From Candidatus Latescibacterota bacterium (GTDB taxonomy: Bacteria; Latescibacterota; UBA2968), in NCBI GenBank assembly GCA_965222605.1, contig OZ244960.1, forward strand, positions 2,400,001-2,464,000: a DNA stretch of 64,000 nucleotides, in the 5' to 3' direction. The notes under the pieces are model-generated. The model made no database searches. It was given only the letters and a program-made list of their open reading frames with translations, and was not told where the DNA came from. Positions within the stretch are counted from its first letter, which is position 1. Each line of letters begins with the position of its first letter. Positions 59,351 through 64,000 of this stretch are shown here, one piece after another. The position numbers and the translations under genes were made by a program.

Positions 59351-60364
59351 ATGTTGAATCATGAGCTGCGCATTGCGTTGCTTGGCACGATTAACCGCGA
59401 TACGATTTACACCGCCGATGGCGTGACAACCGAAAGCTACGGCGGTTTGTTGTACAGCATCCTGGCATTGGCCGAGATCGCGTCTTCTCCTGTGGCGATT
59501 TATCCGATCTGCAATGTAGGAGCCGACATGGAGGCCATCGTGCGAAAAAAACTCGCGCCATACCCACATGTCAAATTCGATGGCATCCGATTTGTATCGA
59601 CCAAAAATCCCCATTGCTTTTTGGATTACGACGCAAAAGGGCGCAAATGCGAAACCCTGCACAATGATGTCCCGCAAATCTCTTTTTCCCAAATCGAACC
59701 GTTTTTAGACTGCGATGCAATATGCTTTAATTTTATCACCGGAATGGAACTCGCCCTCGAAACCGCGCAGCGCGTGCGGCGTTCTGCCACCGGTTTGTTG
59801 TTGATGGATGTCCACAGTTTGACCCTGGGCATGGATAAACAACGCCGCCGGTTCTGGCGCGTACCTCCGCAGTGGAAAAAATGGATGGGATGCGTAGATG
59901 TCGTGCAAATGAATGAGCAAGAAGGCGCTTTACTCGCTGGCGAAACACTCGATGGACAGGACGCAACACGCCGGTTTGCAAAGCAGGTACTGTGCGCAGG
60001 GCCTTCCGTATTGATGATCACGCGCAGCAATCGCGGTTCTGAGACAATTTTTCAAAATGACCGCTCAGATATTGTGATCGACAAATTCGATCCCGCGCCC
60101 ATAGCTGAACCCTGTGACGAAACCGGATGTGGCGACACCTTTTTAATGGGATATACCTGGGCCTTCTTGCAAACGGACAATCGCGCCTTTGCCAGTCAAT
60201 TTGCCAATCGGGTAGCAGGTATCAATGTGTGTTTGCGCGGCATTGAAGGCATTGCAAAAATAAGCCAATTCTTAACCCCCGACGACCTGCCTATGCAGGA
60301 CACTCAGACAGGTCAATCTGCCGTATTAAACGGCGTTCTCCCCGGTCCTGAAAGGAGGGCCTGA
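59351..60364 (+). CDS. PfkB-family carbohydrate kinase
   Basis: G.IN.D, GG, QMNEQE, DETGCGDTF anion-hole motif. Confidence 0.8.
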   Translation: MLNHELRIALLGTINRDTIYTADGVTTESYGGLLYSILALAEIASSPVAIYPICNVGADMEAIVRKKLAPYPHVKFDGIRFVSTKNPHCFLDYDAKGRKCETLHNDVPQISFSQIEPFLDCDAICFNFITGMELALETAQRVRRSATGLLLMDVHSLTLGMDKQRRRFWRVPPQWKKWMGCVDVVQMNEQEGALLAGETLDGQDATRRFAKQVLCAGPSVLMITRSNRGSETIFQNDRSDIVIDKFDPAPIAEPCDETGCGDTFLMGYTWAFLQTDNRAFASQFANRVAGINVCLRGIEGIAKISQFLTPDDLPMQDTQTGQSAVLNGVLPGPERRA

Positions 60365-61338
60365 TGCAAGAATATCAATTTCCAAATCGTCCAAATTTCG
60401 ATTTGCAATTCAACCCCAAGCTCATCTATTACGGGTTGATTGCACTGGCGTTGCTCTGGTTGGCCAGTGGCATCTATACGGTGCGACAAGATGAGCAAGC
60501 AGTGGTATTTCGATTCGGACGAGCGGTGAGCCTGAAAGATCCTGGCATCCACTACCACTGGCCCACACCCATCGAGCGCGTTGAGAAAGAGCGCGTGTCA
60601 GAGGTAAAACGTCTCGAAGTCGGTTTTCGCACCATCAGCGTGAGTCCCACGCCGAGATACCAGAAGGTGACAGCCGAATCCGCGATGTTGACCGGCGATG
60701 AGAATATCGTCGATGTAGAGTTGATCGTTCAGTATCGCATCCGCGATTTAGAGGACTATTTGTTCCAGGTCAACGATCAGCGAAAAGCCATCAAAGACGT
60801 AACCGAGGCCGCATTGCGTCAGGTCGTTGGGCAACGCACCATTGATGAGGCCCTCACAGAGGGCAAGCTGGAAATTCAGGAAGAGATTCAGAGACAGATT
60901 CAGGCGGTCCTGGATCTTTACAAAATCGGTGTGCGCGTCGATCAAGCCAAGCTGCAAACCGTGTCTGTACCCCAGGAAGTAGATCACGCATTTAAGGACG
61001 TCGCCAACGCGCGAGAAGACCGCGAAAAACTCCGCAATGAGGCCGAAGCATATCGCAACGATATTATCCCAAAAACGCGCGGCGAAGTCGAAAAGATGCT
61101 CCGAGCAGCCGACGCCTATAAAGTGGAGCGGGTCAAACGCTCACAGGGCGATGCAGACCGATTCGTCGAGGTACTCAAAGAATATCGCAAAGCAAAAGAC
61201 GTGACCGAAACGCGAATGTACCTCGAAACAATGGAAAAAATTCTGCCCGGCATGCAAAAGTACGTCGTCGAATCCGACGGCAAGGGCGGTATCCTCAATG
61301 TTCTCAATCTGCAAAAGCCTGTTGGAGGAGGAAATTGA
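60364..61338 (+). CDS. hflK: FtsH modulator HflK
   Basis: SPFH domain; MLTGDENIVDV, AF.DV..ARED, IIP.TRGE, RMYLETME. Confidence 0.93.
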   Translation: MQEYQFPNRPNFDLQFNPKLIYYGLIALALLWLASGIYTVRQDEQAVVFRFGRAVSLKDPGIHYHWPTPIERVEKERVSEVKRLEVGFRTISVSPTPRYQKVTAESAMLTGDENIVDVELIVQYRIRDLEDYLFQVNDQRKAIKDVTEAALRQVVGQRTIDEALTEGKLEIQEEIQRQIQAVLDLYKIGVRVDQAKLQTVSVPQEVDHAFKDVANAREDREKLRNEAEAYRNDIIPKTRGEVEKMLRAADAYKVERVKRSQGDADRFVEVLKEYRKAKDVTETRMYLETMEKILPGMQKYVVESDGKGGILNVLNLQKPVGGGN

Positions 61339-61339
61339 T

Positions 61340-62200
61340 ATGCGCAACCTCGTAACTCTGGCGGTCATCTTGATCGCAGCGAGTATTTTACTGAATTCAT
61401 CGTGTTATATCGTAGATGAACGCGAACAGGTCGTTGTCACAGAATTTGGACAACCCGTACGCACCGTGCAGACCCCTGGCCTGAATTTTAAAATTCCGTT
61501 TATCCAACAATTGCACATCTTCGAAGATCGCCTGCTGTACAGCGATGCCGACCCAAGGCAAATATACACGCAGGATAAGAAAAACCTCATCGTCGATAAT
61601 TTCGCGCGGTGGCGCATCACAGATCCACTCAAGTTCCTGGTATCTGTGCAAAATGTCTCTTATGCACAATCGCGCCTGGACGATATCATTTTTTCTGCCG
61701 TTCGAGAAGAACTGGGGCAACGCACGCTGGTCGAGATAGTAGCGTCGAGCCGCGAGGAAATTATGCAAAAAGTAACAGAGCGGTCCCACGAGACAGCACT
61801 CGCACTGGGCATTGATATTCTCGATGTGCGGATGAAGCGCGCAGATTTGCCGCGCGAAAACAAAAACAATGTGTTTGAACGCATGCGCGCCGAACGCACG
61901 CGGCAAGCCAAAGAATACCGCGCCGAAGGTGAGGAAATGGCCTTGAAAATTCGCGCAGAAACCGACCTGGACGTTACGCGCCTCACATCTGATGCCCTGC
62001 AAAAATCGCAGTTGATTCGCGGCGAGGGCGATGCCGAGGCATTGCGTATCTATGCCGATGCCTTTGAGCAAGACCCCCGTTTTTTTCAATTTTGGCGCAC
62101 CCTCGAAGCCTATGAAAAAACCCTGGGCGAAGGAACGACCATCGTGATGCCACCCACCAGCGATTTCTTCAAGTACCTGACCAAAAAGCGTCCGCGGTAG
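61340..62200 (+). CDS. hflC: FtsH modulator HflC
   Basis: PGLNFKIPF, DKKNLIVD, RMRAER, DP.FFQFWRTLEAY. Confidence 0.93.
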   Translation: MRNLVTLAVILIAASILLNSSCYIVDEREQVVVTEFGQPVRTVQTPGLNFKIPFIQQLHIFEDRLLYSDADPRQIYTQDKKNLIVDNFARWRITDPLKFLVSVQNVSYAQSRLDDIIFSAVREELGQRTLVEIVASSREEIMQKVTERSHETALALGIDILDVRMKRADLPRENKNNVFERMRAERTRQAKEYRAEGEEMALKIRAETDLDVTRLTSDALQKSQLIRGEGDAEALRIYADAFEQDPRFFQFWRTLEAYEKTLGEGTTIVMPPTSDFFKYLTKKRPR

Positions 62201-62212
62201 GGTGAACCATAT

Positions 62213-62234
62213 GGGACGGCCCCTGTGCCGTCCC
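62213..62234. repeat. REP palindrome, reverse orientation of the 59160 copy
   Basis: GGGACGGCCCCTGTGCCGTCCC. Confidence 0.7.
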
Positions 62235-62301
62235 GTCTGTACCCCGTCGTCCTGAATTTGTCGAAGGATATAGGCTACGCCTCAACGCAGAGGCACCCTC
62301 C

Positions 62302-63234
62302 ATGTCTGCCCGTTCAACGCAAATTTCGTATCTCTGCTTTCTCCTCCTCTTCTCTTTCTCCGCAGCAAACGCGACAGAATGGCACAGATTTGAACGCGAT
62401 GGCCTCGCGCTACACCTCGCGCATACCGATACGGTTCGGGCACAGGCATTCTTGAACGCGCTCCTGATTGGACGCAATGAAATTCGGCGCAAATTGGGCG
62501 GCGCGCCCGCAATTCCCATGGGGATTTATCTCGCACCCTCTGAAGCTGTTTTTCGAGAATTAACACACGGGCGGTTGCCACATTGGAGTGCGGGGGTTGC
62601 ATTTCTCGAATCGCGCACCATTGTTCTGCAAGCCAGCGCCGACAATTTGCTACAGGTTGCGCGGCACGAATTTGCCCATATATTTTTGCACGCCCTTGCG
62701 CCCACGCGCGTGCCCGTCTGGTTTCACGAAGGCGTGGCAATGTGGGCATCGCACGAGTGGCGCTTGCGACAAAGCGCGGCTGTGTTTTACGCGGTTTTTT
62801 CCGAAAAATTAATCCCGCTTTCCGAAATCGATGAGGTCCTATCCTTCCCCTCGGCAAAAGCCGATCTGGCCTACACGGAAAGTTTGCTGGCAGTCTCGTT
62901 TTTGATCCGTTTGGGCGGTCCCAATGCCGTGGTGGTCATGCTTTCCGAGTTGGAAGCAGACGCGCCCTTTGAAGTCGCACTATTTCGCGTAACTGGCGAA
63001 ACACCCCGCGAATTTGAGCGGCGATGGCGCGATGATGTGCAGGGGCGATTCAGTCTGATGACGCTACTCTTTTCGCCCGATTTGATCTGGCTGTATCTCA
63101 CCTTGCTCTTGCTGCTCGCTTATATATGCGTAAGACTGCGGAATCGCGCGACCTTGCGGCGGTGGGAAGCCGAAGATGCGGCTGAGGAATTGACCTTACA
63201 ATTGCGCGTATATCGCCGAGAGGACGAACAGTGA
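62302..63234 (+). CDS. Peptidase MA-like zinc metalloprotease, exported with a C-terminal anchor
   Basis: Signal peptide, HEFAH (HExxH), PVWFHEGVA and a C-terminal TM helix. Confidence 0.8.
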   Translation: MSARSTQISYLCFLLLFSFSAANATEWHRFERDGLALHLAHTDTVRAQAFLNALLIGRNEIRRKLGGAPAIPMGIYLAPSEAVFRELTHGRLPHWSAGVAFLESRTIVLQASADNLLQVARHEFAHIFLHALAPTRVPVWFHEGVAMWASHEWRLRQSAAVFYAVFSEKLIPLSEIDEVLSFPSAKADLAYTESLLAVSFLIRLGGPNAVVVMLSELEADAPFEVALFRVTGETPREFERRWRDDVQGRFSLMTLLFSPDLIWLYLTLLLLLAYICVRLRNRATLRRWEAEDAAEELTLQLRVYRREDEQ

Positions 63235-63833
63235 TTGTGGGCGTAACAGGAGGCATTGGCGCGGGCAAGAGCACCGTATGCGAAATATTTGAAGAAGCCG
63301 GCGCTCGCGTAATCGATGCCGATGCAGTAGGTCACGAAGTCCTCCGCGACCCGATTGTGATTCGCAACCTATCCGACGTGTTTGGGCAAGAAATTTTGGA
63401 TTCCAACGGACAAATCGCACGGCGGGAATTGGGCAAGCGGGCATTTGCTTCTGATGAAAGCCGCGAAAAACTCAACGCCATCGTATGGCAACCGCTTCGG
63501 CAGTTGTTGCTGGACAAAATTCACGCGGCTCTGGATAGAGAACCCAAACGCCCCGTGGTTGTGGATGCGGCCCTGCTGGTGGAGCGCGGCGATCCAAAAA
63601 AAATCGTCGATGTACTCGTGGTGGTAACCGCCCCCGAAGCATTGCGGATTCAACGGACAATGGCGCGATTGGGCATTTCCAAAGCCGAAGTTGTGGCGCG
63701 CCTATCCGCGCAATTGCCCGAAGAAGACAAAGTCGCAGTTGCGGATTTTGTCGTGGTCAATGATAAAACCCCCGCCGTGTGTCGCCAGCGCGCGCGGGCT
63801 ATTTGGAACAAATTGCAATGTGAGGAACAATGA
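63231..63833 (+). CDS. coaE: Dephospho-CoA kinase
   Basis: GVTGGIGAGKST, IDAD, R.ELG..AF, DAALL.E, ADFVVVN. Confidence 0.93.
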   Translation: MIVGVTGGIGAGKSTVCEIFEEAGARVIDADAVGHEVLRDPIVIRNLSDVFGQEILDSNGQIARRELGKRAFASDESREKLNAIVWQPLRQLLLDKIHAALDREPKRPVVVDAALLVERGDPKKIVDVLVVVTAPEALRIQRTMARLGISKAEVVARLSAQLPEEDKVAVADFVVVNDKTPAVCRQRARAIWNKLQCEEQ

Positions 63834-64000
63834 ATTATACGCCGCATACAGAGTGCGATATTCAGCACATGCTCAATGTGATCGGAGTTGCATCCACAGA
63901 TGATTTATTTGCACCCGTTCCCGAATCGCTGCGTCTGAACGCGCTCAACTTGCCCCCGGGAATCAGTGAAATGGAAGCGATGGCTTTTGTGCACTCGCTG
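63830..64000 (+). CDS. gcvPA: Glycine dehydrogenase subunit 1, 5' part only
   Basis: Read manually: MNYTPHTECDIQHMLNVIGVASTDDLFAPVPESLRLNALNLPPGISEME. ATGA overlap with coaE. Confidence 0.85.
   Translation, partial: MNYTPHTECDIQHMLNVIGVASTDDLFAPVPESLRLNALNLPPGISEMEAMAFVHSL

Noticed and set aside
1-64000. rRNA, tRNA or riboswitch genes
   Set aside because: None were recognised in the intergenic regions by eye. An Infernal/Rfam scan would be needed to exclude them.

Overview
Bacterial genomic DNA with two halves. The left half (1-~24.3 kb, almost all minus strand) is an accessory catabolic region: four intact and two decayed sulfatase-family genes, five intact and one truncated PhyH-type Fe(II)/2-oxoglutarate dioxygenases, a GH32-like protein, a beta-propeller protein and a large secreted orphan. 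Toxin-antitoxin or defence-like genes are interspersed (orphan MNT, VapBC, HEPN protein plus Doc), along with a tnpB-only IS200/IS605 element whose exact ends can be read from the gene it interrupts. The right half starts with an ExeA-like ATPase divergent from a ~15 kb envelope cluster (GT2, TonB/ExbB/ExbD, ECF sigma and anti-sigma, Spy-like protein, RND pump, RDD protein, 12xFN3 lipoprotein). It continues with a sigma-54 activator, thrC, hpnCDE, aspC, a PD-(D/E)XK+PIN pair and housekeeping genes (pgm, recG, hflKC, coaE, gcvPA). The sulfatase, PhyH and FN3 expansion resembles marine or sponge-associated Latescibacterota/Poribacteria-like genomes, but this is inference only. The best novelty candidate is a HEPN (RxxxxH) protein ending in a Phd-like antitoxin tail and translationally coupled to a Doc toxin. 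Next are several enzymes with substituted catalytic motifs: two HxG dioxygenases, a Thr-type sulfatase and a GH32 lacking the acid/base Glu. All family calls come from motif recognition by eye; no database search was run.
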